From contig CP086569.2 in assembly GCA_009914755.4 (NCBI GenBank), positions 27,680,001 to 27,744,000 on the forward strand: 64,000 nucleotides of DNA, read 5' to 3'. Position 1 is the stretch's first letter, and every line of letters starts with the position of its first letter. The notes below the pieces were generated by a model, which did no database searches, was not told the DNA's origin, and saw only the letters and a program-made list of their open reading frames with translations. Position numbers and translations under genes: made by a program. The DNA comes from the human T2T-CHM13v2.0 reference genome, Homo sapiens. This document shows, piece after piece, positions 1 through 12,446 of this stretch.

Positions 1-414
1 GTAATGGAGTGGAGTGGACTGGAGTGGAGTAGATTGCAGTGCATTGGACTGTAGGGGATAGAAGTGGCTTGGAGTCCATGGGAGTGGAGTGGAATGGAAT
101 GGAATGGAGTGGAATGGACTGGAACGGAATGGAATGGAATGGATTTAAATGGCAGGGAATCAAATCGAATTGAATCATATTGAATCAAGTCGAATCGAGT
201 GGAGGAAAGAAATCGAATGAAATCGAATGGAATGAATTGAATGGAGTCGAATGTCAACCATGGAATCGAAAGTAATGTGGTAAAGTGGAGTGGAGTGTTA
301 TGGAGTGGAATGGCATGGGGTGACATGGAATGGAATACAGTGGAGAGGAGTGGAGTGGATTGGGCTAGAGTGGAACGGAAAGCGAAGGAATGGAACTGAA
401 TGGAGTGGAGTGGA

Positions 415-466
415 ATGGAGTGGAATGGAATGGAATGGAATGGAATGGAACGGAATGGAGTGGAAT
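415..466 (+). repeat. Pure (GGAAT)n microsatellite-like tract inside the HOR (example in copy 1); its length varies between HOR copies
   Basis: 'gaatggagtggaatggaatggaatggaatggaatggaacggaatgg' in copy 1. The equivalent tract is longer in copies 4/5 (about 9750-9805, about 10 perfect units) and shorter in copies 9/11 (about 25321-25365). Confidence 0.7.
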
Positions 467-2076
467 GGAATCGAATCACATGGAACTGAATGAAACCGAA
501 TTGAATGAAATTGAATGGAGAAAATGGAATCAAATCGAACGGATTCGAATGTCATTGAATGGAATGGAAAGGAATGCAGTGAGGTGGGGTTGAGTGGAAT
601 GGAGTGGAAAGGAATGGGATGAATTGAATTGAATGTAGGGGAGTGGAATGGAATGGAATGGAAAGGAATGGAATTGAACAAAATGGAGTGTAGTAGAATG
701 GAGTGGATTGGAGTGGAGTGCAGGGGAGTGCAGTGGAATGAAGAGGAGTGTAGTTGAACGGAATGGAATGTATGGAATGTACTGGAATAGAATGGATAAG
801 AATGGAATGGAATGGAATCGTATGGAATTGAATAGAATCAAATCGAATTGAATAGAATCAAATGGAAAAAATGGAGTCAAATGGAATCGAATGGCATAGA
901 ATCGAACGGTTTTGAATGTCAGTGAATGGAAACGAATGGAATACGATGAAGTGGAGCAGAGTGGAGTGGAAAGGAGTGCAATGGAATAGGGTGGAACTGA
1001 ATTTAATGGAACAGAGTGGATTGGAGTGGACTGGAGTGGAATGGAATGGGAAGGAATGGGATTGAAAGGAGTGGCGTGCAGTGGAGTGGAGTGGCATGGA
1101 GTGGAGTGGAGTGGAATGGAGTGGAATGGAATGGAGTGGAATGGAGTGGATTGGAATGGAATGGAGTGCAGAGGAATGGAATGGAATGGTATAGAGTGGA
1201 CAGGAATGGAGTGGAGCGGATTGGAATGGAATGGAATGGAATGGAATGGAACTGAATGGACTGGAATGGAATGGAATAGAATGGAATCACAGTGAATCAA
1301 ATTGGATTGAATCGAATCGAATGGAAAAAATGAAATCAAATGAAATTGAATGGAATCGAAATGAATGTAAACAATGGAATCCAATGGAATCCAATGGAAT
1401 CGAATCAAATGGTTTTGAATGGCGTAAAATGAAATCGCAAGGAAGGCAGTGAATTCGAGTGGAGTGGAATAGAGAGGAATGAATTGGAATGGAGTGGAGT
1501 GGAATGGAGTGGATTCCAGTGGAGTGGAGTGGATTGGATTTTAATGGAATGGAATAGACTGGATTGGAGTGGTGTAGAGTGCAGTGGATAGGAGTGGAGA
1601 GGAATGGATTGGAGTGAAGTCGAGCTGAGTGGAATGGAATGGAGTGGAGCAGAGTGGAATGCAAAAGAATGAAGTGGATTGGTGTGGAATGGAATGGCGT
1701 GGAAAGGAGTGGAATAGAATGGAATGGAATCGCATGGAAGGATATCAAATCAAATGGAATCGAACGAAAATTATGAATCCAATGGAATCGAAAGGATTCC
1801 AAAGGAACGGATTCGAAAGGCATTTAATGGAATGGAAAGGTATGCAGTGAAGTGGAGTGGAGTGGAGTGGATTGTTTTAGAGTGAAATGGGGTGGATTGG
1901 AACACTATGTGGTGGAGTGGAGTGTAGTGGATCGGAGTGGAGTGCCGTGGAGTGGACTAGAGTGGGGTGGAGTGGAGTGCATTGGAGTGGAATGGAGTGG
2001 AGTGCGGTGGAATGGAATGGAATGGCATCAAATCGCATGGTAATGAATCAAATGGAATCAAATGGAATGAAATAAT

Positions 2077-2150
2077 GGAATCGAAGGCAAACGAATGGAA
2101 TCGAATTGCACTGATTCTACTGACTTCGAACAAAATGAAATGAAATGCGG
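2077..2150 (+). repeat. Non-pentameric 'island A' inside the HOR (example in copy 1): 'cgaaggcaaacgaatggaatcgaattgcactgattctactgacttcgaacaaaatgaaatgaaatgcggtgaag'. Occurs once per HOR.
   Basis: The string is not derivable from GGAAT-type pentamers ('gcactgattctactgacttcgaa' contains C's and TTC). It recurs at about 5195, 8310, 11420, 14540, 17660, 20780, 23890, 27000, 30100, 33220, 36320, 39440, 42560, 45700, 48820, 51930, 55030, 58130 and 61240. Confidence 0.75.
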
Positions 2151-2477
2151 TGAAGTGGAGTGGAGTGGAATGTATTAGGGTGGAATGGAATTGAATGGTG
2201 TGGAGTGGAGTGGAGTGTCCAGGAGTGGAATGGGAAGAAATGGAATTGAACGGAGTGGAGTGGAGTGGAATGGAGGGTAATGGAGTGGAATGGAGTGGAG
2301 TGGAGTAGAGTGGAATGGGTTGGAGTGGAATGCAGAGGACAGGAGTGGAGTGTGGTGGACTGGAGTGGAGTGGAGTGGAGTGAAGTGGATTGGATTGAAA
2401 TAGAGCGGAGCAGAGTGGAATGCAATTGAATCACATGGTACTGAATCAAATCGAATGGAATTAAATCGAATGAAAAA

Positions 2478-2560
2478 ACGGAATCAAAAGCAAACGAATG
2501 GAGTCAAACCACATTGGTTAGACTGATATCGAATAATATCAAAAGAAATGTGGTGAAGTG
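2478..2560 (+). repeat. Non-pentameric 'island B' inside the HOR (example in copy 1): 'aaaacggaatcaaaagcaaacgaatggagtcaaaccacattggttagactgatatcgaataatatcaaaagaaatgtggtgaag'. Occurs once per HOR, about 400 bp downstream of island A.
   Basis: Flanks are shared with island A ('caaacgaatgga.tc.aa' on the left, 'aaatg.ggtgaagtggagtggagtg' on the right) but the core differs ('accacattggttagactgacatcgaataatatc'). Recurs once per HOR, e.g. at 5590, 8700 and 11815. Confidence 0.75.
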
Positions 2561-3101
2561 GAGTGGAGTGTAATGAAATGGGGTGGAATGAAATTGAATG
2601 GAGTGGAGTGGAGTGGAATCTACTGGAGTGGAATGGAATGGAATGGAAAGGAATGGAATAGAATGGAGTGAAGTGCAGTGCAGTGAAATGGAGTGGAAAG
2701 GAATGGAATGGAAAGAATTGAATCAAATGGAATCGAAGTGAATCGAATCTAATGAAATTGAACGCAAAACATGGAATGAGTAGAATCGAAAAAGATGGAT
2801 TCAAATGGCAACAAATAAAATTGAATGGAATGCGGTGAGGTGGAGGGGATTGGAATGGAGTTGAATGGAATGGGGTGTAATTGAATTGAATGGAGTGGAG
2901 TGGAGTGAACTGGAGGGGAATGGAATGGAATGGGCAGGCATGGAATTGAAAGGTGTGGAGTGGAGTGGAATTGAGAGGAGTGGAATGGAGTAGGGTGGAT
3001 TGTGGTGGAGAATATTGGGAAAGAGTGGAGTGGAATGTAATGGAATGGAGTGGAGTGGAATGGAATGGAATTGAGTGAAGTGGATTGTAGTGGAATGGAG
3101 A

Positions 3102-6100
3102 GTAATGGAGTGGAGTGGACTGGAGTGGAGTAGATTGCAGTGCATTGGACTGTAGGGGATAGAAGTGGCTTGGAGTCCATAGGGGTGGAGTGGAATGGAA
3201 TGGAATGGAGTGGAATGGACTGGAACGGAATGGAATGGAATGGATTTAAATGGCAGGGAATCAAATCGAATTGAATCATATTGAATCAAGTCGAATCGAG
3301 TGGAGGAAAGAAATCGAATGAAATCGAATGGAATGAATTGAATGGAGTCGAATGTCAACCATGGAATCGAAAGTAATGTGGTAAAGTGGAGTGGAGTGTT
3401 ATGGAGTGGAATGGAATGGGGTGACATGGAATTGAATACAGTGGAGAGGAGTGGAGTGGATTGGGCTAGAGTGGAACGGAAAGGGAAGGAATGGAACTGA
3501 ATGGAGTGGAGTGGAATGGAGTGGAATGGAATGGAATGGAATGGAATGGAATGGAATGGAACGGAATGGAGTGGAATGGAATCGAATGACATGGAACTGA
3601 ATGAAACCGAATTGAATGAAATTGAATGGAGAAAATGGAATCAAATGGAATCAAATCGAACGGATTCGAATGTCATTGAATGGAATCGAAAGGAATGCAG
3701 TGAGGTGGGGTTGAGTGGAATGGAGTGGAATGGAATGGGATGAATGGAATTGAATGGAGGGGAGTGGAATGGAATGGAATGGAAAGGAATGGAATTGAAC
3801 AAAATGGAGTGTAGTAGAATGGAGTGGATTGGAGTGGAGTGCAGGGGAGTGCAGTGGAATGAAGAGGAGTGTAGTTGAATGGAATGGAATGTATGGAATG
3901 TACTGGAATAGAATGGATAAGAATGGAATGGAATGGAATCGCATGGAATTGAATAGAATCAAATCGAATTGAATGGAATCAAATGGAAAAAATGGTGTCA
4001 AATGGAATCAAATGGCATAGAATCGAACGGTTTTGAATGTCAGTGAATGGAAACGAATGGAATGCGATGAAGTGGAGCAGAGTGGAGTGGAAAGGAGTGC
4101 AATGGAATAGGGTGGAACTGAATTTAATGGAACAGAGTGGATTGGAGTGGACTGGAGTGGAATGGAATGGGAAGGAATGGGATCGAAATTAGTGCCGTGC
4201 AGTGGAGTGGAGTGGCATGGAGTGGAGTGGAGTGGAATGGAGTGGAATGGCATGGAGTGGAATGGAGTGGATTGGAATGGAATGGAGTGCAGAGGAATGG
4301 AATGGAATGGTATAGAGTGGACAGGAATGGAGTGGAGCGGATTGTAATGGAATGGAATGGAATGGAATGGAATGGAACTGAATGGACTGGAATGGAATGG
4401 AATAGAATGGAATCACAGTGAATCAAATTGGATTGAATCGAATCGAATGGAAAAAATGAAATCAAATGAAATTGAATGGAATCGAAATGAATGTAAACAA
4501 TGAAATCCAATGGAATCCAATGGAATCGAATCAAATGGTTTTGAATGGCATAAAATGAAATCGCAAGGAAGGCAGTGAATTGGAGTGGAGTGGAATAGAG
4601 AGGAATGAATTGGAATGGAGTGGAGCGGAATGGAGTGGATTCCAGTGGAGTGGAGTGGATTGGATTGGAATGGAATGGAATAGACTGGATTGGAGTGGTG
4701 TAGAGTGCATTGGATTGGAGTGGAGAGGAATGGAGTGGAGTGAAGTCGAGTTGAGTGGAATGGAATGGAGTTGAGCATAGTGGAATGCAAAAGAATGAAG
4801 TGGATTGGTGTGGAATGGAATGGAGTGGAATAGAATGGAATGGAATCGCATGGAAGGATATCAAATCCAATGGAATCGAATGAAAATTATGAATCCAATG
4901 GAATCGAAAGGATTCCAAAGGAATGGATTCGAAAGGCATTTAATGGAATGGAAAGGTATGCAGTGAAGTGGAGTGGAGTGGAGTGGATTGTTTTAGAGTG
5001 AAATGGATTGGATTGGAACACTATGTGGTGGAGTGGAGTGTAGTGGATCGGAGTGGAGTGCCGTGGAGTGGACTAGAGTGGGGTGGAGTGGAGTGCATTG
5101 GAGTGGAATGGAGTGGAGTGGGGTGGAATGGAATGGAATGGCATCAAATCGCATGGTAATGAATCAAATGGAATCAAATGGAATGAAATAATGGAATCGA
5201 AGGCAAACGAATGGAATCGAATTGCACTGATTCTACTGACTTCGAAGAAAATGAAATGAAATGCGGTGAAGTGGAGTGGAGTGGAATGTATTAGGGTGGA
5301 ATCGAACTGAATGGTGTGGAGTGGATTGGAGTGCCCAGGAGTGGAATGGGAAGAAATGGAATTGAACGGAGTGGAGTGGAGTGGAATGGAGGGTAATGGA
5401 GTGGAATGGAGTGGAGTGGAGTAGAGTGGAATGGGTTGGAGTGGAATGCAGAGGACAGGAGTGGAGTGTGGTGGACTGGAGTGGAGTGGAGTTGTGTGGA
5501 GTGGATTGGATTGAAATAGAGCGGAGCAGAGTGGAATGGAATTGAATCACATGGTACTGAATCAAATCGAATGGAATTAAATCGAATGAAAAAACGGAAT
5601 CAAAAGCAAACGAATGGAGTCAAACCACATTGGTTAGACTGACATCGAATAATATCAAAAGAAATGTGGTGAACTGGAGTGGAGTGTAATGAAATGGGGT
5701 GGAATGAAATTGAATGGAGTGGAGTGGAGTGGAGTGGAGTCTACTGGAGTGGAATGGAATGGAATGGAAAGGAATGGAATAGAATGGAGTGAAGTGCAGT
5801 GCAGTGAAATGGAGTGGAAAGGAATGGAATGGAAAGAATTGAATCAAATGGAATCGAAGTGAATCGAATCTAATGAAATTGAACGCAAAAAATGGAATGA
5901 GTAGAATCGAAAAAGATGGATTCAAATGGCAACAAATAAAATTGAATGGAATGCGGTGAGGTGGAGGGGATTGGAATGGAGTTGAATGGAATGGGGTGTA
6001 ATTGAATTGAATGGAGTGTAGTGGAGTGAACTGGAGTTCAATGGAATGGAATGGGCAGGCATGGAATTGAAAGGCTTGGAGTGGAGTGGAATTGAGAGGA

Positions 6101-6222
6101 GTGGAATGGAGTAGGGTGGATTGTGGTGGAGAATATTGGAAAAGAGTGGAGTGGAATGGAATGGAATGGAGTGGAGTGGAATGGAATGGAATTGAGTGAA
6201 GTGGAGTGTAGTGGAATGGAGA
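3102..6222 (+). repeat. HOR copy 2
   Basis: Landmark 'agtaatggagtggagtggactggagtggagtagattgcag' at 3102; unit length 3121 bp. Confidence 0.8.
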
Positions 6223-9200
6223 GTAATGGAGTGGAGTGGACTGGAGTGGAGAAGATTGCAGTGCATTGGACTGTAGGGGATAGAAGTGGCTTGGAGTCCA
6301 TAGGAGTGGCGTGGAAAGGAATGGAATGGAGTGGAATGGACTGGAACGGAATGGAATGGAATGGATTTAAATGGCAGGGAATCAAATCGAATTGAATCAT
6401 ATTGAATCAAATCGAATCGAGTGGAGGAAAGAAATCGAATGAAATCGAATGGAATGAATTGAATGGAGTCGAATGTCAACCATGGAATCGAAAGTAATGT
6501 GGTAAAGTGGAGTGGAGTGTTATGGAGTGGAATGGAATGGGGTGACATGGGATTGAATACAGTGGAGAGGAGTGGAGTGGATTGGGCTAGAGTGGAACGG
6601 AAAGGGAAGGAATGGAACTGAATGGAGTGGAGTGGAATGGAGTGGAATGGAATGGAATGGAATGGAATGGAATGGAACGGAATGGAGTGGAATCGAATCG
6701 AATCACATGGAACTGAATGAAACCGAATTGAATGAAATTGAATGGAGAAAATGGAATCAAATGGAATCAAATCGAACGGATTCGAATGTCATTGAATGGA
6801 ATCGAAAGGAATGCAGTGAGGTGGGGTTAAGTGGAATGGAGTGGAATGGAATGGGATGAATGGAATTGAATGGAGGGGAGTGGAATGGAATGGAATGGAA
6901 AGGAATGGAATTGAACAAAATGGAGTGTAGTAGAATGGAGTGGATTGGAGTGGAGTGCTGGGGAGTGCAGTGGAATGAAGAGGAGTGTAGTTGAATGGAA
7001 TGGAATGTATGGAATGTACTGGAATAGAATGGATAAGAATGGAATGGAATGGAATCGCACGGAATTGAATAGAATCAAATCAATTGAATAGAATCAAATG
7101 GAAAAAATGGAGTCAAATGGAATCGAATGGCATAGAATCGAACGGTTTTGAATGTCAGTGAATGGAAACGAATGGAATGCGGTGAAGTGGAGCAGAGTGG
7201 AGTGGAAAGGAGTGCAATGGAATAGGGTGGAACTGAATTTAATGGAACAGAGGGGATTGGAATGGACTGGAGTGGAATGGAATGGGAAGGAATGGGATTG
7301 AAATTAGTGGCGTGCAGTGGAGTGGAGTGGCATGGAGTGGAGTGGAGTGGAATGGAGTGGAATGGAATGGAGTGGAATGGAGTGGATTGGAATGGAATGG
7401 AGTGCAGAGGAATGGAATGGAATGGTATAGAGTGGACAGGAATGGAGTGGAGCGGATTGGAATGGAATGGAATGGAATGGAACTGAATGGACTGGAATGG
7501 AATGGAATAGAATGGAATCACAAGGAATCAAATTGGATTGAATCGAATCGAATGGAAAAATGAAATCAAATGAAATTGAATGGAATCGAAATGAATGTAA
7601 ACAATGGAATCCAAAGGTATCAAATGGAATGGAATCAAATGGTTTTGAATGGCGTAAAATGAAATCGCAAGGAAGGCAGTGAATTGGAGTGGAGTGGAAT
7701 AGAGAGGAATGAATTGGAATGGAGTGGGGTGGAATGGAGTGGATTCCAGTGGACTGGAGTGGATTTGATTTTAATGGAATGGAATAGACTGGATTGGAGT
7801 GGTGTAGAGTGCAGTGGATTGGAGTGGAGAGGAATGGAGTGGAGTGAAGTCGAGTTGAGTGGAATGGAATGGAGTGGAGCAGAGTGGAATACAAAAGAAT
7901 GAAGTGGATTGGTGTGGAATGGAATGGCGTGGAATGGAGTGGAATAGAATGGAGTGGAATTGCATGGAAGGATATCAAATCCAATGGAATCGAACGAAAA
8001 TTATGAATCCAATGGAATCGAAAGGATTCCAAAGGAACGGATTCGAAAGGCATTTAATGGAATGGAAAGGTATGCAGTGAAGTGGAGTGGAGTGGAGTGG
8101 ATTGTTTTAGAGTGAAATGGGGTGGATTGGAACACTATGTGGTGGAGTGGAGTGTAGTGGATCGGAGTGGAGTGCCGTGGAGTGGACTAGAGTGGGGTGG
8201 AGTGGAGTGCATTGGAGTGGAATGGAGTGGAGTGGGGTGGAATGGAATGGAATGGCATCAAATGGCATGGTAATGAATCAAATTGAATCAAATGGAATGA
8301 AATAATGGAATCGAAGGCAAACGAATGGAATCGAATTGCACTGATTCTACTGACTTCGAAGAAAATGAAATGAAATGCGGTGAAGTGGAGTGGAGTGGAA
8401 TGTATTAGGGTGGAATGGAATTGAATGGTGTGGAGTGGAGTGGAGTGCCCAGGAGTGGAATGGGAAGAAATGGAATTGAACGGAGTGGAGTGGAGTGGAA
8501 TGGAGGGTAATGGAGTGGAATGGAGTGGAGTGGAGTAGAGTGGAATGGGTTGGAGTGTAATGCAGAGGACAGGAGTGGAGTGTGGTGGACTGGAGTGGAG
8601 TGGAGTTGAGTGGAGTGGATTGGATTGAAATAGAGCGGAGCAGAGTGGAATGGAATTGAATCACATGGTACTGAATCAAATCGAATGGAATTAAATCGAA
8701 TGAGAAAACGGAATCAAAAGCAAACGAATGGAGTCAAACCACATTGGTTAGACTGACATCGAATAATATCAAAAGAAATGTGGTGAAGGTGAGTGGAGTG
8801 TAATGAAATGGGGTGGAATGAAATAGAATGGAGTGGAGTGGAGTGGAGTGGAGTCTACTGGAGTGGAATGGAATGGAATGGAAAGGAATGGAATAGAATG
8901 GAGTGAAGTGCAGTGCAGTGAAATGGAGTGGAAAGGAATGGAATGGAAAGAATTGAATCAAATGGAATCGAAGTGAATCGAATGTAATGAAATTGAACGC
9001 AAAAAATGGAATGAGTAGAATCGAAAAAGATGGTTTCAAATGACAACAAATAAAATTGAATGGAATGCGGTGAGGTGGAGGGCATTGGAATGGAGTTGAA
9101 TGGAATGGGGTGTAATTGAATTGAATGGAGTGTAGTGGAGTGAACTGGAGTTCAATGGAATGGAATGGGCAGGCATGGAATTGAAAGGCTTGGAGTGGAG

Positions 9201-9336
9201 TGGAATTGAGAGGAGTGGAATGGAGTAGGGTGGATTGTGGTGGAGAATATTGGAAAAGAGTGGAGTGGAATGGAATGGAATGGAGTGGAGTGGAATGGAA
9301 TGGAATTGAGTGAAGTGGAGTGTAGTGGAATGGAGA
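6223..9336 (+). repeat. HOR copy 3
   Basis: Landmark at 6223 (variant 'gagaagattgcag'); unit 3114 bp. Confidence 0.8.
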
Positions 9337-12300
9337 GTAATAGAGTGGAGTGGACTGGAGTGGAGTAGATTGCAGTTCATTGGACTGTAGGGGATAGAAG
9401 TGGCTTGGAGCCCATAGGAGTGGAGTGGAAAGGAATGGAATGGAGTGGAATGGACTGGAACGGAATGGAATGGAATGGATTTAAATGGCAGGGAATCAAA
9501 TCGAATTGAATCATATTGAATCAAGTCGAATCGAGTGGAGGAAAGAAATCGAATGAAATCGAATGGAATGAATTGAATGGAGTCGAATGTCAACCATGGA
9601 ATCGAAAGTAATGTGGTAAAGTGGAGTGGAGTGTTATGGAGTGGAATGGAATGGGGTGACATGGGATTGAATACAGTGGAGAGGAGTGGAGTGGATTGGG
9701 CTAGAGTGGAACGGAAAGGGAAGGAATGGAACTGAATGGAGTGGAGTGGAATGGAGTGGAATGGAATGGAATGGAATGGAATGGAATGGAATGGAATGGA
9801 ACGGAATGGAGTGGAATGGAATCGAATGACATGGAACTGAATGAAACCGAATTGAATGAAATTGAATGGAGAAAATGGAATCAAATGGAATCAAATCGAA
9901 CGGATTCGAATGTCATTGAATGGAATCGAAAGAAATGCAGTGAGGTGGGGTTGAGTGGAATGGGATGAATGGAATTGAATGGAGGGGAGTGGAATGGAAT
10001 GGAATGGAAAGGAATGGAATTGAACAAAATGGAGTGTAATAGAATGGAGTGGATTGGAGTGGAGTGCAGGGGAGTGCAGTGGAATGAAGAGGAGTGTAGT
10101 TGAATGGAATGGAATGTATGGAATGTACTGGAATAGAATGGATAAGAATGGAATGGAATGGAATCGCACGGAATTGAATAGAATCAAATCAATTGAATAG
10201 AATCAAATGGAAAAAATGGAGTCAAATGGAATCGAATGGCATAGAATCGAACGGTTTTGAATGTCAGTGAATGGAAACGAATGGAATGCGGTGAAGTGGA
10301 GCAGAGTGGAGTGGAAAGGAGTGCAATGGAATAGGGTGGAACTGAATTTAATGGAACAGAGTGGATTGGAGTGGACTGGAGTGGAATGGAATGGGAAGGA
10401 ATGGGATTGAAATTAGTGGCGTTCAGTGGAGTGGAGTGGCATGGAGTGGAGTGGAGTGGAATGGAGTGGAATGGAATGGAGTGGAATGGAGTGGATTGGA
10501 ATGGAATGGAGTGCAGAGGAATGGAATGGAATGGTATAGAGTGGACAGGAATGGAGTGGAGCGGATTGGAATGGAATGGAATGGAATGGAACTGAATGGA
10601 CTGGAATGGAATGGAATAGAACGGAATCACAGGGAATCAAATTGGATTGAATCGAATCGAATGGAAAAAATGAAATCAAATGAAATTGAATGGAATCGAA
10701 ATGAATGTAAACAATGGAATCCAAAGGTATCAAATGGAATGGAATCAAATGGTTTTGAATGGCGTAAAATTAAATCGCAAGGAAGGCAGTGAATTGGAGT
10801 GGAGTGGAATAGAGAGGAATGAATTGGAATGGAGTGGAGTGGAATGGAGTGGATTCCAGTGGACTGGAGTGGATTTGATTTTAATGGAATGGAATAGACT
10901 GGATTGGAGTGGTGTAGAGTGCAGTGGATTGGAGTGGAGAGGAATGGAGTGGAGTGAAGTCGAGTTGAGTGGAATGGAATGGAGTGGAGCAGAGTGGAAT
11001 ACAAAAGAATGAAGTGGATTGGTGTGGAATGGAATCGCGTGGAATGGAGTGGAATAGAATGGAATGGAATTGCATGGAAGGATATCAAATCCAATGGAAT
11101 CGAACGAAAATTATGAATCCAATGGAATCGAAAGGATTCCAAAGGAACGGATTCGAAAGGCATTTAATGGAATGGAAAGGTATGCAGTGAAGTGGAGTGG
11201 AGTGGAGTGGATTGTTTTAGAGTGAAATGGGGTGTATTGGAACACTATGTGGTGGAGTGGAGTGTAGTGGATCGGAGTGGAGTGCCGTGGAGTGGACTAG
11301 AGTGGGGTGGAGTGGAGTGCATTGGAGTGGAATGGAGTGGAGTGGGGTGGAATGGAATGGAATGGCATCAAATCGCATGGTAATGAATCAAATGGAATCA
11401 AATGGAATGAAATAATGGAATAGAAGGCAAACGAATGGAATCGAATTGCACTGATTCTACTGACTTCGAAGAAAATGAAATGAAATGCGGTGAAGTGGAG
11501 TGGAGTGGAATGTATTAGGGTGGAATGGAATTGAATGGTGTGGAATGGAGTGGAGTGCCCAGGAGTGGAATGGGAAGAAATGGAATTGAACGGAGTGGAG
11601 TGGAGTGGAATGGAGGGTAATGGAGTGGAATGGAGTGGAGTGGAGTAGAGTGGAATGGGTTGGAGTGTAATGCAGAGGACAGGAGTGGAGTGTGGTGGAC
11701 TGGAGTGGAGTGGAGTTGAGTGGAGTGGATTGGATTGAAATAGAGCGGAGCAGAGTGGAATGGAATTGAATCACATGGTACTGAATCAAATCGAATGGAA
11801 TTAAATCGAATGAAAAAACGGAATCAAAAGCAAACGAATGGAGTCAAACCACATTGGTTAGACTGACATCGAATAATATCAAAAGAAATGTGGTGAAGGT
11901 GAGTGGAGTGTAATGAAATGGGGTGGAATGAAATAGAATGGAGTGGAGTGGAGTGGAGTGGAGTCTACTGGAGTGGAATGGAATGGAATGGAAAGGAATG
12001 GAATAGAATGGAGTGAAGTGCAGTGCAGTGAAATGGAGTGGAAAGGAATGCAATGGAAAGAATTGAATCAAATGGAATCGAAGTGAATCGAATGTAATGA
12101 AATTGAACGCAAAAAATGGAATGAGTAGAATCGAAAAAGATGGTTTCAAATGGCAACAAATAAAATTGAATGGAATGCGGTGAGGTGGAGGGCATTGGAA
12201 TGGAGTTGAATGGAATGGGGTGTAATTGAATTGAATGGAGTGTAGTGGAGTGAACTGGAGTTCAATGGAATGGAATGGGCAGGCATGGAATTGAAAGGCT

Positions 12301-12446
12301 TGGAGTGGAGTGGAATTGAGAGGAGTGGAATGGAGTAGGGTGGATTGTGGTGGAGAATATTGGAAAAGAGTGGAGTGGAATGGAATGGAATGGAGTGGAG
12401 TGGAATGGAATGGAATTGAGTGAAGTGGAGTGTAGTGGAATGGAGA
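9337..12446 (+). repeat. HOR copy 4
   Basis: Landmark at 9337; unit 3110 bp; 'gagcccatagg' variant class. Confidence 0.8.

Larger units (their letters stand above)
1..3101 (+). repeat. HOR copy 1 (about 3.1 kb unit; phase chosen arbitrarily at the 'gtaatggagtggagtggactgg' landmark)
   Basis: Landmark at 1; next landmark at 3102. Has a unique EcoRI site (gaattc) at about 1451. Confidence 0.8.

Noticed and set aside
1448-1456. EcoRI (gaattc) sites at about 1451, 15179, 25451 and 31661, and HaeIII (ggcc) sites at about 24737 and 30953, as possible restriction-defined repeat periodicities (e.g. DYZ1-style 3.56 kb HaeIII or EcoRI ladder)
   Set aside because: Sites are sporadic point variants in individual copies and are not present once per HOR. 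The HOR period here (about 3.1 kb) also does not match the classical DYZ1 (3.56 kb) or D15Z1 (1.8 kb) periods that I recall. No chromosome assignment is made.
1790-1825. Candidate heat-shock elements (HSF1 sites) such as 'ggattccaaaggaacggattcgaaagg' and the generic direct repeats of 'gaa' every 5 bp
   Set aside because: The canonical HSE needs alternating inverted nGAAn/nTTCn units with a 2-nt gap. Here GAA units are almost all in direct orientation (TTC is rare on this strand), and the few TTC...GAA combinations have the wrong spacing (4-5 nt gaps or abutting ttcgaa). HSF1 association with SatIII is known in general, but no canonical site can be called from this sequence.
2100-2130. The unique islands 'gcactgattctactgacttcgaag' and 'accacattggttagactgacatcgaataatatc' as possible remnants of a transposon insertion or a small RNA gene
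   Set aside because: They are too short (25-35 nt). They have no terminal inverted repeats, target-site duplications, poly-A tail or A/B-box promoter features. Their flanks are ordinary satellite subunit junctions. The more parsimonious reading is diverged satellite subunit sequence. They are kept as a finding only for their marker value.
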